64,000 bases of DNA from the NCBI GenBank assembly GCA_012295275.1, contig CM022671.1, forward strand, positions 15,190,001 to 15,254,000, in the 5' to 3' direction. The stretch is from Chrysomallon squamiferum (Eukaryota > Animalia > Mollusca). How positions within the stretch are numbered: position 1 is the first letter of the stretch; each line of letters starts with the position of its first letter. Below the pieces are notes generated by a model. That model did not search any database, was not told where the DNA came from, and saw only the letters and a program-made list of their open reading frames with translations. Shown here piece after piece: positions 39,721-53,436 of this stretch. Made by a program: the position numbers and the translations under genes.

Positions 39721-40695
39721 ATGAAACGATTAAATCACTGACTCCACAAATAAAATTATTGTTTTCTTATTCATCTTTATTGTCATTGTTGGCTCAGAAA
39801 TGAAAACCTCCAATATTTTTCGTGTTACAGTACAAAAATATTTATTCTTAACAACACGACGTTAAAACAGTTTGATTTATTTATTATATAATATCTTCGA
39901 GAAGAAGGGTTACGCAGATATGTAGAATTTAAGTTTGTGCACCACTTCTTAGATATATAACATTATAAATGGTCAACAAATACAGAAATGAAAACAGTTA
40001 TGTATTCTTTTAGATTATATAGCTTAGACTGAAACACATTCTCCCTTGCACAAAACAGAATTATTTGTTTATTTATTTATCACTCCCATCCAATTTAAAA
40101 TAAATAAAGTTAGTGACTATTGCCTTATTAACTGACCGGTTAAAGTGTTCATGGCAGTTAGTTTGTCAAATATTTTATCTGCTTTTCTGAATAACAACAA
40201 AGTATCCAAGATATCACTGTTTTTAGCCCATGTTGCTTTGAAAACTTTTCGTATGGCATGGGTTCTCCATTTCAGAGACTATTTTTTTGTTACTATCCAT
40301 GTCCTGTGCAATTAGTATTACAAATATTATAACACATGGTTTGGTCATCAATACAGCCCATTCAGCCTAAACGGAGGGCTGAACAGCTTACAAAAATAGG
40401 AAAACAATGATTTACAAACTACGACTTCCAGAGTCCTGTATCAGTACAAGAACGTAAAACATTTAATAAGACGTAACTGGACAACAGATAAAACATATAG
40501 ATCTTAGCAAATAATTATGATACGCGGACTTTTTTGAAACTGTAGACCGACAACAATGTGACTTTAACCACCTACCTTTAGAAATAGTTTACCAACACTT
40601 TAAAGATGTAAACATTAGTGATGACAGAACTCATGAACCAGACTTTACCGATTTAGAAAGTAACTGTTTACTTCGATAATTAGAAAATGTGTCTC

Positions 40696-40698
<3 letters not shown>

Positions 40699-40730
<32 letters not shown>

Positions 40731-40820
40731 TCGTCATCCAAAGTTTCTTGATGATTGTGAGTGAGGCCAGTGTGTGTGTGTGTGCGTGCATGCGTGCGTG
40801 CGTTCGTGTGTGTGTGTGTG
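40699..40820. repeat. (TG)n and (TGCG)n microsatellites
   Basis: Direct reading. Confidence 0.9.
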
Positions 40821-41067
40821 TTACGGATCAGGGTCAGTGGAGTATTTACTGTCTGTAGAAGTTTGTTGAAAATTCAAAAAAGTCTCTATTTTCAAATCGT
40901 TATACAGTATGTATTGTTAACAGACATGTATCTGAAAAACTCGGCTTTATAAAAAAAAAACATTTTAAAAAAAAGATTATTAAAATTAACAGATTTATAG
41001 AAATTAATTTCGGCATTTCTGAGTGTGCACTAAATATGGATTAAATAATTATTATTAAAAGCGCCAT

Positions 41068-41120
<53 letters not shown>

Positions 41121-41179
41121 TAGAGCATATGGAGTTCGCTTTACATTATTACTATTAGAGTTACAGATGTTCTTTGTCA

Positions 41180-44090
41180 AAATTCCAAATGGATAAGTTT
41201 GTGTCAGCAAAGTGTCAGGGCCTTGCAGATGAAAAGGTTTTGAGAGATGTTTTAAATTACTATAAATCAAAAAAGTATTCCATAATATGTTTGCAGGACA
41301 TTCATAAAGATGAAAATGGTGCACACATATGAAACAGTTATGGAATATGCAGACAATAACATCACGTTATAATACAAGATAGAGGGGAGTTGCTATTCTA
41401 TTTAGTAATGATAATGAATATGTTATTGATAATGAACGTACCTTTATAGACCTAACCGGTAACTACATAATAGCTAGATTAACGACAAATAAACAGACTA
41501 ATTTAACTATAGTAAATATTTATGGCCTAAATAAAGATTTACCACAAATCTATCTGGATATTTTTAACAATATTAATTTTGAACAAGAAGACGTGATATT
41601 CTGTGGAGGTTGGAACTTTGTATTAGACCCACAACTAGATCTCGAAAATTATAAATGTATCAAGACAAGTAGTATTAGAAACTATAACTGAAAGCGACTT
41701 AACAGATGTTTGGAGAATATTAAATGGAGATATAAATCATTTACGTGGAGGAGGAAAAAACTAGACAGCAGGCTAGATTAGATTACTTTTGCGTATCTCC
41801 AAATAATTTTGATAAAATACTAGATGCTAAACTAATAATGCCTTGTAGATCTGACCATAATGCGATTAATATAACATGTAATTTTACTGATCAACAATGC
41901 GATAGAGGATATTGGAAATTTAACAACTCCCTATTAAGGCACCCATCTTATTGTACTCAAATTAAAAATATAATAAAAGAGACTAAAAACGAATATGGTC
42001 TACCAGTTAAAAAAATGAAACTATTCAAATGATAAGTAATGCTGATTTAAATTTTAAGATATCGGTATCATTATTTCTAGAAACATTGTTAATGAAAATA
42101 AGAGGTTAAACGATATCGTAATGCTGCTTGGAAAAAACGACAGGCGTTAAAAGTCGAAACTGACTTTGAAACAAAAATATTTACTATTCAAAAAGAAATC
42201 ATATTTTTCTGAACATAGATGAAAATATTTTAGATGAACTGCAAGACACACATCAGAAATTAGAAACTAACAGAAGGCGCCTATATACGGTCAAGAACAT
42301 TGAAATCAATTAAGTTTCGAAGACAGTTTTAAAATTAGGGACGCCTACAGGAATAATTACTTCAACAGGAAAAATATTAAACGAGCAGAAGCGTTTTTAC
42401 CAGTCATTTTATAGCTTTAAATGTGTTTCGACTAAACATATAAACAACCTGATTAACACGGATATTCCAAAATTTTAATAAAGAACAGGCATCTTCAAAA
42501 AACTGGAGACCTACATCACTGTTAAATGTTATTTATAAACTAGCATCCGCCTGCATCGCAGCGCGAATAAAGCCAGTTTTAAATAGTATTATAAATGAAG
42601 ATCAGAAGGGCTTTGTAGAAGGACGCTTTATTGGGGAAAATATAAAGACACTGTATGATATTTTATTCGAAAGTAAGAGTAATAACATACCAGGGCTAAT
42701 ACTTTTAATTGATTTTGATTATATATCGATGCAATTCATACACAAAACTTTACAATATTTTTGTTTCGGTCCATCAATTCGAAGATGGTTTCTACTTTTC
42801 ACAACAATGCAACGGCATACATTTTACAAAACGGACAACTCCCAGAAGCTTTTAACATAGAAAGAGGTTGTTGGCAAGGAGATCCTCTTTCAGAATTTTT
42901 TTTTTTTTTTTTTTGTATAGAAATTCTTGGAATTCTTGTTCGGTCAAATCCTCTTATTAAACGCATTGATATATGGGGTTTAGAATATAAAACTGGACAA
43001 TTTGCTGATGACTCTCAGTTGTATTTAGATGGATCTCCTTCCTCTCTTAGAATTGCAATACATATTTTAGATATTTTTAGAGACATATCGGGCCTGAAAA
43101 TAAATATAGAAAAAACAAAAATTATTGGTTTAGGTCCCGTTGCGAATACTATGGCAGAAATGTGCAAACATATAAGTCTAGACTAGTATGAAAACAATTT
43201 TAAGGTTTTAGGTCTAACACTAAATAAACAACTAGACAATATTTGGACACTAAATTTGGATGAAAAGCTGGCAAAAATCGAAAACATGTCAAATTCGTGG
43301 CTTGGCAGGTGCGGAACTATATGTGGTAGGTAATGGTTGTAAAAATATTAGCTATATCAAAACTAACTCATATTTTTACCAGTCTACCAAATCCACCTAA
43401 AGAATCTCTATTAAAAATAAATAAAATGGTTCTCTCATTTATATGGAAAGATGGTCCACATAGAATTAAACGCTCAGTTATTACAAAACATTATACCGAG
43501 TGTGGGTTAAAAATGGTTGAAACATTAACATTCATTAAAAGTTTAAAAGTTTAAAAGCTACTTTGAATCGGACAGCAAATGGAAATGGTTTTTAAATAAA
43601 TATTTAGATAATCTAGCTTTACCTAAACATGGAGCCAACGTTGGTGAATATATAAATAAAAAATATAAAAATCCTTTTTGGAATGATGTATTGAATTCAT
43701 GGAAAGATCTTGTGCTAAAAATGAAAAACGAAACGTGACGAAATAGTAAATGAGCCGTTATGGTACAAGACACATTTTAAAAACAAGTCATTATTTTTCC
43801 GCTATTATTATAATAACTTTATAAAACATATCCGAAATCTTTTAACAGAAACAGGATACATCATTCCTTTTGCAGAGTTAAAACAAAAATATAACATACG
43901 AGGAATCTTTTCAGATTATGAAATGGTAATTCATAATATCCCTGAAAAATGGAAATTCATTGTCATTCTATAGAATACTTTGTGTCCAATATATATGTTA
44001 TTAATGACAAAAATTAATAAAGGTTTCTAGATCTGCCAACAGCACGATTCCGCTGGTCTGAAATAATAAATGATGACAACTATCGATTAA
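41180..44090 (+). mobile_element. Degraded L1/Tx1-clade LINE ORF2 (APE endonuclease + reverse transcriptase) with stops, frameshifts and internal deletion
   Basis: Endonuclease: ICLQD, RGVAILF, VNIYG, GGWNFVLDP, QARLDYF, SDHNAI, GYWKFNNSLL. RT: YKLASACIAARIKPVL..IINEDQKGFVEGRFIGENI, GCWQGDPLS, QFADD, SGLKINIEKTKI, FIWKDGPHRIKRS. Preceded by (AAT)n at 41068-41120. Confidence 0.93.
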
Positions 44091-44097
44091 TACAGAT

Positions 44098-44983
44098 CAT
44101 GCACAATGTATGCATTTCAGTGTTTTGTTAACTAGAAAGTGACAAACCATGACATACAGTTCTTTGTAACAGATTATCTAATGTTGAAAATGCGAATGAA
44201 GTTGTATGTAGGCCTAAGGCTCGAGATATCTCCATATTGCCTGCAAGCTGGATTTAATCAAGTATATACAGGTTTATATAAACTGGAAAGTGACAAACCA
44301 TGACATACAGTTCTTTGTAACAGATTATCTAATGTTGAAAATGCGAATGAAGTTGTATGTAGGCCTAAGGCTCGAGATATCTCCATATTGCCTGCAAGCT
44401 GGATTTAATCAAGTATATACAGGTTTATATAAACTGGATATTGTCTGATTTATGTAGATAACAGATATCGCTTACACACTGGATGAAAATTGCAAGGTTT
44501 TACTGTATTGAGGCATAAAAACAGATATTAAATGGATCAAAAAAAGAAAAGAAAAGAAAATAAAGAAAAAAAATTAATTCTTAACAGTTGTAGATGTGAG
44601 TTTTGCAACAGTTTAATTTTACGTCTTTCAACATGATTTATGTATATTCACTTTTATTTAATACAAAACAGAATGCTACTGTTTGCTATCAAAATAAATA
44701 ATGTGAACTAAATTAGTGAAACCAAATTTTATGAATGGATAAAATAAATTGGACATTAAAATAAAATAACCTTCTAAAAATAAAATTCCCAAAACACATC
44801 AGTCTGTGTATCTACATAAATCACAAAAATTGGTTATAGAAAGCCATTTGGATATATTTTAATACTTCATCATTACTTTGAACAAATAATGACTATACCT
44901 GGTGAAATAATAAATTAAAGCACTAAAACAAATTGTAAATTACTCAAAGTGATTAAACATCTGGACAAATTACAGCTTTTATG
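44098..44983 (+). repeat. Rearranged copy of 49042-50121 with an internal 151-bp tandem duplication
   Basis: Near-identical to 49042-49166 and 49618-50121; lacks ~49167-49617; 44131-44281 is repeated at 44282-44432. Confidence 0.93.
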
Positions 44984-45900
44984 TCGTACAGAATTCCCAT
45001 CCCTCGATCCATCCGTATAAGAAAGGATAGAATCATGGTATCTTTCTTTAATATGCATGGACAATTTTTTCTAAGAGGAACAAAATCCAGCACATTATTT
45101 TGATGGTTTGACACACCACAGTAGAAGAACAAAATATTTGGGTGTTTCCAAAATGTCTGAAAAACCAATGTTGGAAGAATTGAAAATCATGTGCATGATG
45201 TTTTGGTAATGATTTTATCTTAGTGTGCGTGATCGTACAAATTCTCCTAGACAGAGCCTAAGTCTCTGGCATGTGTATGGGATCTAGCATCTGCAGGTAA
45301 GAATTGTGTGTCGAACCATACACAATGCACCCATTATCCAAATTAGATCTTATCTTTCGATCTGCTCCCCATTCAGTATTGTCAATAACTTTTAAAATAG
45401 TGAGGGTTTTTAGGTCCTTGTTAATTTAACATATTTTAGATGGGGTACAAAGGATAATTTCCTTTCAGATATAACCCCCAGTCATTTTGTTTCATCACCA
45501 ATAGGAATAGGACTTTTGTCGAGAATTATCGTGGGTCGAAATGAAGACATCTTTTCTGGCAGAAATGCATACATAGGCCTACTGTCTTTGTCTTTGAGAA
45601 TCCAATGCTAAAGTTTATTCAGACAAAGTCGCAATTGATGTTCGATGATACTTATCATGGACGATCTATGGCAAATCTGAAAATCTTTGACACATAAAGA
45701 GCAATCAACACCAGGTTTTAAACACTGGGTGGTGCTGTTTCTTTTTACAAAGAAAAATAAGATTACCAATGTGATGCTACACTGAGGTACACCCATCTCT
45801 TGTGGGTAGGAATCAGAAAATGTAAATCCCACCAAGACTTTAAAGGATCAGTCTTTAAAAATTACTCATTATCTCATACATCCATGCACAGACGAGTTTT
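44984..45900 (-). mobile_element. I-group (Nimb/I-like) LINE fragment: RT C-terminal half to start of RNase H
   Basis: VGFTFSDSYPQEMGVPQCSI..LF, GVDCSLCVKDFQIC (degenerate YVDD), IEHQLRLCLNKL, ETK*LGVI.ERKLSFVPHLKYVK, TEWGADR, LDNGCIVYGS, YTDGSRDGNSV (YTDGS at 45005-45019). Confidence 0.9.
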
Positions 45901-45966
45901 GTACCATGTGAGGGTTTTTTTGGTTTGTTTTTTGTTGTTTTTAAATACGTTTCGCCTTTTGGTGTC

Positions 45967-45970
<4 letters not shown>

Positions 45971-46061
<91 letters not shown>
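45971..46061. repeat. (GA)n microsatellite, ~45 units
   Basis: Direct reading. Confidence 0.97.
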
Positions 46062-46063
<2 letters not shown>

Positions 46064-49000
46064 CCCAAAGTATTATTATTATTAAATGTCGAAACGAAAT
46101 TGTTACAGATATAATAATTTGAATTGTTTTGATAATGTAAGACGGATACTTATAATGTTTATATGTTTAAATTCATCTGCAACGCATATACGTGTAATTA
46201 TGAATTAATAAACGTATGATGTGATTTGTTTCGAACTGGTAGCTTGAAGAAAAAAAAGCGGTCTTGCTTAAATAATGGATAAAAAGTAACTAGCATTAAC
46301 ATTTATACAATGTGGAAACCGTATGCTCTGCTAACACCACGGGAAATAAAATTTCACTTATTACTATAATAAAGAGATCACATGGAGTAATGCATTAATC
46401 AACATGTTACACATTATAAAAGTTCAGAGAATTGCGAAGATCAATATATAGTGTGGAAATCGAATAGAATTTGAATCTGCTGAAGGCCACACATTTTGAA
46501 TCATCGGAGAAAGGATCTGGATCTTGATATTAGCGTTTCCACTGAGGTCTTTGACTTGCCTACGATTGCTCTGGGAGAAGACCTGTAATTCGGTACGACT
46601 TTTTCTGTTCAGGCCCCTGTCTTGAATTCAGTGGGAGGATCTCGAACGTGGCGTCAATGCAGAAAGTTGGAACATATAAATAAATAACTATTATTTTTGT
46701 GTAGCTTTAAATTATTAAATTATTCTAAACATTGATTACATTTTTTTTATTATTTATCAATTTTATTATATAGTTGTCGTTTTTAACTTTTGAAATTCTA
46801 GATACATTAAAAGGAAACAGACGGTGTCTCCTCAATTTGTCGATATTTTTTTATGTGAAAAATGTACAGTTTGTCGTAAAAAATAACAATAATAACACAG
46901 ACTAATCGATGGACCAATGGCATGGAGCTATTAAATAAGCAAATAAGATTTTAATCGTTACTTTTTAAACGTACAGTTTTAACATTTTAAAAAGTGTACT
47001 ACAACAACAAATAAATAAATATATATATATAATAATTTCAAAAAGAATCAAATAAACCTTGAAAATTACCTGTACATTAGATATTTATGTTAAAGGAAAT
47101 AATGAGAAACCATGATTTGTCTGTTATTTTATTTTTTAAACTTCGGTTTTAAGACTGTTTATATGTACTTTAAGACAAGAAATATAAATTTATTAAGAAT
47201 AATGTATTATACACCTTTAAAATGTATTTATCCAACACATTTCTGATTTAATGTGATGTACTGTTTATCATATTTCAGTTTCAAAATTGATTGAAAATTA
47301 TTAAATTCAAATGTTATTATTTTCCTTTTGCACTTATGCCTGAAATGGCATCTAATATACATATGTCCTCCCAAAACACAGCTGTCCTATAAGGTACCCG
47401 CTTTATTACAACACAAGAAATAAATGAGAACATCGCATATTAACTTGTTTTTTTCCTCTTGAATAATATATGTGGTAAATAATGAAATTGAAAGCTTAGC
47501 ACAGTAGTTTTATAAAACATTTAGCTCTTGATAACACATTAGCCCAGTTATATGTCCTTCTGCATCCAATAACAGAACTGGGGTTTTCTGTCCAAGAACT
47601 AACTGTGAATTTGATTTTCTGCTTGGTGCAATATGCCATTTCTATTACATTTATCTTTGAACATTTTTTAACTGATTGCTTGATTTCATTATTCCATCCA
47701 TGTACAAATTGATCATGTAGGATATGAGGTACTTTAATGCATAACTGTTCACATGTATAAAAATTAAGAAACATCCAGACATACGAATATGAAGTCATCA
47801 AGAATATTTTTAAGACATAGTTAATAAATTATACAATAGCGGTAACATTTTGTTTCTCTATGTACAAACAAGATTTCCTCAGTTGGTGATCATCCAAATC
47901 TTTAGAGAAATGAGTGGATATCTTCCAAGTTCACCATAAACAATAAAGCCATTTATAAGTAAATACTTGACAATTTTCACCTTTAACTAATTGTAAATTA
48001 ATGAAACCCCAAGTTTCACATCCTCTAATAATACTGACTGAACAACTGTCTCAAATAAATGAAGATTACACTCAAAGGAGAAATTGTTCTGATGTATCTC
48101 GGCTATTGTGCTATAGTATAATTAAACAAATTGTTTCTTGTGAAATATATTCCTAAATGTTTATAATTATCAAGTTTCAAAAAGTCTTTCCATTAAATGT
48201 CAATATGTAATGTGCTTTTTCCCCTGTACTAAATATTATTTTTGTTTTGTCAATATTAACTTTTCGGTTTCTGTATCTGCACTGGAACTGTTTTGACCAT
48301 GTTACAGGGCATCTGGTGATTCATCTGCACAGAGTAATACGAAGTTAACATACATATTAAATTATCTATTAAACTCTAGAAATTGTTTCTAATTCATCTG
48401 CCTAATTTACAACTAGAAACATTTCTAAATCATTTTAAAATATTAGATATTGGTCTGTTTGCAGTAGGAGCCTTAGTTCCTTTGAACTTCTTTATAATAA
48501 ACATTAAAACGTTTACTAATCTATCCCAAATTTTATTAACCATTTCCAAAGACCTATTTGTTCTCCTTTGTGAAATGATTTTCCAGATCTATAAATAAAC
48601 AATAAACATAATTCTGGTATTTGTTTATTAAGACTATTAATAAATACAAAACAAATATATGATCATTTGTAAAATGATTCCTGTGAAATCCTGCTTCCTT
48701 TCCTTACAGTATTAACTGAATCAGCTTATTCATTTTATCTAGAATTAAGTATAGATATAATTTTTGAAAGCAAAATGGCAAAGTAACTTGTCTATAATTC
48801 TTTGGTTCAGTATACACCCTGTTGTATCAAAATGGGCATCCCAAGTCTAATTTTCTATCGTAATTCCTACTTTAAAATATTATGATAGAATGAGTAAGAT
48901 TTGTTTGCAAAATGGATACCAACAATACAGAATAGCTCAGGGTATTTGTTAATATAAAAAAAGAAAGAAGGAAAAAAAGGTTAACATGAATTATGATTTG

Positions 49001-50093
49001 TCACCCCCTCTTGGTTGTAATTTAACACCCAGATACAGATTATGCACAATGTATGCATTTCAGTATGTTTTGTTACCTAGAAAGTGACAAATCATGACAT
49101 ACAGTTCTTTGTAACAGATTATCTAATGTTGAAAATGCGAATGATGTTGTGTGTAGGCCTAAGGCTTGATTTGTCTGAAGAGTCGAGATTTACAATGTTG
49201 ATGATAGAGTGATGTTTTGGCACATGCTTTTAGAGAATACTTTGTTTCAGTGGGAAAATATTCATGGTGGGAAAGAGGATATTTATTTAGACAATACTGC
49301 ATATGTAATGCAATTCATTTAAATTAGACCCATTAGAATTTGTGATTAAAATAGTCATAATAGGAATTGGGAAGAACTTGCCAAGCTGAATTAGGAAGGA
49401 CGTTACATTCTTAAGGACATTCTGAGGCACTGAGATTTGGGGGCAAAGGCATTTGGTAAATTATATTACTAACCAAATCAAATATACATATTAATTACAT
49501 GCTTTGTTCCGAAAGTAATTTTCTGTTGAAAGTCAGGAGAAACACTTAAAAATGTTCTGTGAAATTCTTGTAGCATAATATCATTTAACCTGATCCTACC
49601 ATGAACTCTATTCATTGGATATCTCCATATTGTCTGCAAGCTGGATTTAATCAAAAAAAGAAAAGAAAAGAAAAAAGAAAAAAATATATATAAAAAATTA
49701 ATTCTTAACAGCTGTAGATGTGAGTTTTGCAATAGTTTAATTTTACGTCTTTCAACATGATTTATGTATATTCACTTTTATTTAATACAAAACTGAATGT
49801 TGCTGTTTGCTATCAAAATAAATAACAATGTGAACTAAATTAGTGAAACCAAATTTATTGAATAGATAAAATAAATTGGACATTAAAATAAAATAACCTT
49901 CTAAAATTAAAATTCCCAAAACACATCAGTCTGTGTATCTACATAAATCACAAAAATTGGTTATAGAAAGCCATTTGGATATATTTTAATACTTCATCAT
50001 TACTTTGAACAAATAATAACTATACCTGATGAAATAATAAATTAAAGCACTAAAACAAATTGTAAATTACTGAAAGTGATTGAACATCTAAAG

Positions 50094-51620
50094 CAGGCAT
50101 GGGCAAATTACAGCTTTTATGAATACTGATATCAAGTCCTATACTGATGTTATTTGGCAATAAAATGTGAGTAAATTGTTTTACCCACTGAAGAAAACTT
50201 TTAAAAATCGTTGTTTTAATGTCTTAGTTGTAAATCTATAAGAGTATGGCCTATAGTTCTTTGTTTTCAAGATGAAACAAGGTCAGATCTAGTTTCTCAC
50301 GTTATCTGTGCTCTTGCCACTGCAGGCTCGTAACCTGAAAACGATGTCAAATTTTTAAAACATTATCGCGAGTTCTGTTGTCTACACAAGACTGTAGTCT
50401 AGAATAGCTTACACCTCTACGCCTATATATAGAGTTCTCATCAGCCTTCCAAGGACTGACTTATTATTTTAGATCAGCTTTTATTATCTGACAAAATTTA
50501 CCCAAAATGAGTTGTTTGAAACAACCTAAAAAGCAAAAAATTGAAGACGAATGCCTTGTTTTTAACAAGGAGTGGACTGAAAAAATATTTCTTTACTGAC
50601 ACTGAAGCTAAAGCTGTATGTTTGATTTGTCCTGAAATGGTTGCATGTTATGGATCCAGTCGTATGTGCAGTGAATTCAGTATTGACTGAAACATAGGCA
50701 ATTCAGAAGCTTCGAAGCAGATTTTACTGATGTGCTCTACCACACAAATGTTCACTGGTTAAGCATGGGAAAATTACTAAAGATAACTTGAAAGTAGAGA
50801 TTGTCATGTTTTTTAATACGAAGGAATTCTCGCTATTTTTTAAATGAAATGGAGTGATGAATGGATTTGTGATTGTGCACTAACTGTAGACATAATGCAA
50901 AAGCTGAATGAACTAAACACAAAACTGCACAGTAAAGGTGTATTAGCTCATGAATTGTACCTGGAAGTGAAAGCTTAAACTTTTTGCCAAGCAACTGAAT
51001 GAAAAAAACTTTGTTCATTTTCCTCTGTTGAAAACATGAACTGTTATACAAGCATTATCAGACAAATATAGTTCCTAGCTGATGGCTTTAAAAGAAGAAT
51101 TTATAAGATTTGCTGATTTCAAGGCAATGGAGGGACAGTTTTATTTTGCCTGTGACACTGAAACACTTAGTGAAGAACTGCAGATGGAACTGACTGTTTT
51201 GCAAACTCTTTAAAGAAGATGTTTGAAAGTAAATCACTGGTCTCTGAAAAGTTTGCATCAACTTACATTTGTGAGCAGACTTTATAATTAAAGTCAACAA
51301 GTCAAAAAACAGATCACTTACCACAGATCTTCAAATCTTCAGTCAGTATTAAGGGTCAGCACAAGCAATTTGACACCTAATTTTAACAAACTGGTAAAAT
51401 GACTGTAGTCAGTTACATCATTCTCATTGACATTAACTGTGTTTCAGGTGAAGTTTCTATTTTTTAGATATTAGTTAATAAAAATTAATTGCTTTTGTCT
51501 TAAAAAAAAACTTTTTATTTTAATTATTTTAAATATTAATTATTTTACTTACTATGCGGCTCTTTTAAATTATAAAATCTCTCAATGTGGCCCTTGCACT
51601 GAAAAGTTTGCCCACCCCTG
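50094..51620 (+). mobile_element. hAT (Charlie/Buster group) DNA transposon, internally deleted, 1527 bp
   Basis: Perfect 8-bp TSD ATCTAAAG (50086-50093, 51621-51628); TIRs CAGGCATGGGCAAA and TTTGCCCACCCCTG (12/14 match); transposase relics KKQKIEDECLVFNKEWTEK-YFF..AKAVCLIC, HRQF, YHTNVHWLSMGK, LNTKL. Confidence 0.93.
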
Positions 51621-51986
51621 ATCTAAAGTGTAATGTTTATATGCACTTTTGGATTTCTTCGTTAATTAGAACCTACTAAAAACATCAGGTAAAACTTGTG
51701 AACCTTGAGTTTCTCCCATCAATACATTGTTATTTCATTCATGCAGCAACAAACTGCATGTGACATACCATTTAAAAAGAATACCCCTTAAAAAATGCAA
51801 TGTACATTTAAAGACACCAAATTATATATTTAAAAATGTACACAAATACATAAAAACCTAAGATTTCGATGAATCCCGCCAACAGACATCACATTAAAAC
51901 AAAGTCATGAAAGAATGTAAGTTAGTAAGTACAGATCACAAATAATTTATGAAACACCAAATGTACAACAGGTTCCCAAATCAATC

Positions 51987-52631
51987 TTACAACTTGGTGA
52001 TTTCCGCTGGATGTGGAACTTTCGGGACAAATCTGCTGTACATGTACACAGCTGTGATTACAAATGCAGCACCTATACTAAACATAAGTGATGGTTTAAA
52101 ATCAAAAAAGTACATAGATGCTAAACATGACAAAATGATAGCTGCTGCCGTTGCAAATCCTTTTAATATATTATCTGCATATTTTACAACCACTGCCACC
52201 ATTAGACCTCCAAAGGACTGCAAGCAAACAACAAACCAAACAACTCCATCATAACCATTAAACATGCCATGCTCTGCAACTGAGGTACCATCCTTTATTT
52301 TCATTGTAATCAAACCTACAACAGAACCAAAAATTCCAAGCTGCACATTACGAAGCCAGACTGACTGTGGTGTTCCTTTCAGTATTTTCTCAAAATATAC
52401 ACCTGCAAATCCGGACATTATGCATGATATAATAACAGCAACAAGTCCAATAATAGGCTTTTGTTCTGTCGCAACAGTATGTGAATTGCTTTTATCCTGT
52501 GGTGCCAGCTGTACAATAGAAACTCCTGCAAACAGCACACATAATGAAACCCACTGCAGTCGACTTAGATGCTTATTCAAAAGAAAAACAGAGAAGATTG
52601 CTGTTGTTAAGATCTTCAGTTGGTATGTAAC
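51987..52631 (-). CDS. SLC35A2: UDP-galactose transporter, coding exon 3 (terminal)
   Basis: TTTCAG acceptor; [15 protein letters not shown]...[22 protein letters not shown]...[21 protein letters not shown]; 645 nt including stop. Confidence 0.95.
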   Translation of the reverse strand, partial: VTYQLKILTTAIFSVFLLNKHLSRLQWVSLCVLFAGVSIVQLAPQDKSNSHTVATEQKPIIGLVAVIISCIMSGFAGVYFEKILKGTPQSVWLRNVQLGIFGSVVGLITMKIKDGTSVAEHGMFNGYDGVVWFVVCLQSFGGLMVAVVVKYADNILKGFATAAAIILSCLASMYFFDFKPSLMFSIGAAFVITAVYMYSRFVPKVPHPAEITKL

Positions 52632-53095
52632 CTGAAATAAGAAGAAGACATGAAATTTAACCAAAATAAAATATTTTTGGATATATCGACTGGAAAATAG
52701 GTTTTTACTGAATACTTCAACAATATGTTTATGCTAGCAAATTTCTGTTGTTATAGTTTTAATGATTAAAAAATATTTTCTCAGTTGACTTCATTGTCCA
52801 ATTGCACTGTCGACAGCTTGGAAGAGTGTTTAGCCATGGGAGGATGTATGTGCATGGGCATCTGTTTATATTTATATTCCATATTTCATTATTCTGCTCT
52901 CTGAACTAACTATATTGACAGAAAAATTAAAAAGTAATTTTAAGGACATAAATATTTAATCAGCATTATCATGAATTAGTATTCTGGATAAAAGTATTTT
53001 TTAAGGTACAGTTAAGGAATCAAAAAGAAGAAAAAGAAAAAGAAAAAAAAAAGGAAAACAAAATGTCAGTCATTGATATTTTCAAAAACACATAC

Positions 53096-53436
53096 CTGGA
53101 AAGTAGCAGCATCTAGGTTTGATACAGCCACATAAAGCAGATTGTTTTGCACTGTGTAAATGATTGAAGGAATGCACACTTTGAAACAGTCCATAGGCTG
53201 CTGTATAATGTTAGCATTCAGATGATGTAGAAGCTGTCTTACACCACCCTCTTGAAATAATATTAAAATCAAACAAGCAGTTACTTTGAAGATCTCGGAC
53301 ATGACAACAGCTGATGTGGCCAAGAACATGGACCCAGATCTTGTTCGAACATAACGCATAACAAGAATGAGCAGTGCATTCTGTACAGTCAGGACAATCA
53401 GACTTGTATATTTTAAAACAAGCTGTTTTTTCTCAA
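53096..53436 (-). CDS. SLC35A2: UDP-galactose transporter, coding exon 2
   Basis: AG/GT bounded, 341 nt; LKYTSLIVLTVQNALLILVMRYVRT...NNLLYVAVSNLDAATFQ; the QNA and F.AT residues fit SLC35A2 better than SLC35A3. Confidence 0.93.

Noticed and set aside
45800-46114. ER- and SL-repeat ORFs; likewise poly-N/I/L and CV/HT ORFs elsewhere
   Set aside because: Translations of (GA)n, (AAT)n and (TG)n microsatellites
51987-51998. C-terminal TKL as a peroxisomal targeting signal
   Set aside because: Non-canonical, and PTS1 does not apply to a multipass Golgi transporter
51949-52635. Plus-strand ORFs of 101 and 123 aa
   Set aside because: Antisense shadows of the SLC35A2 exon
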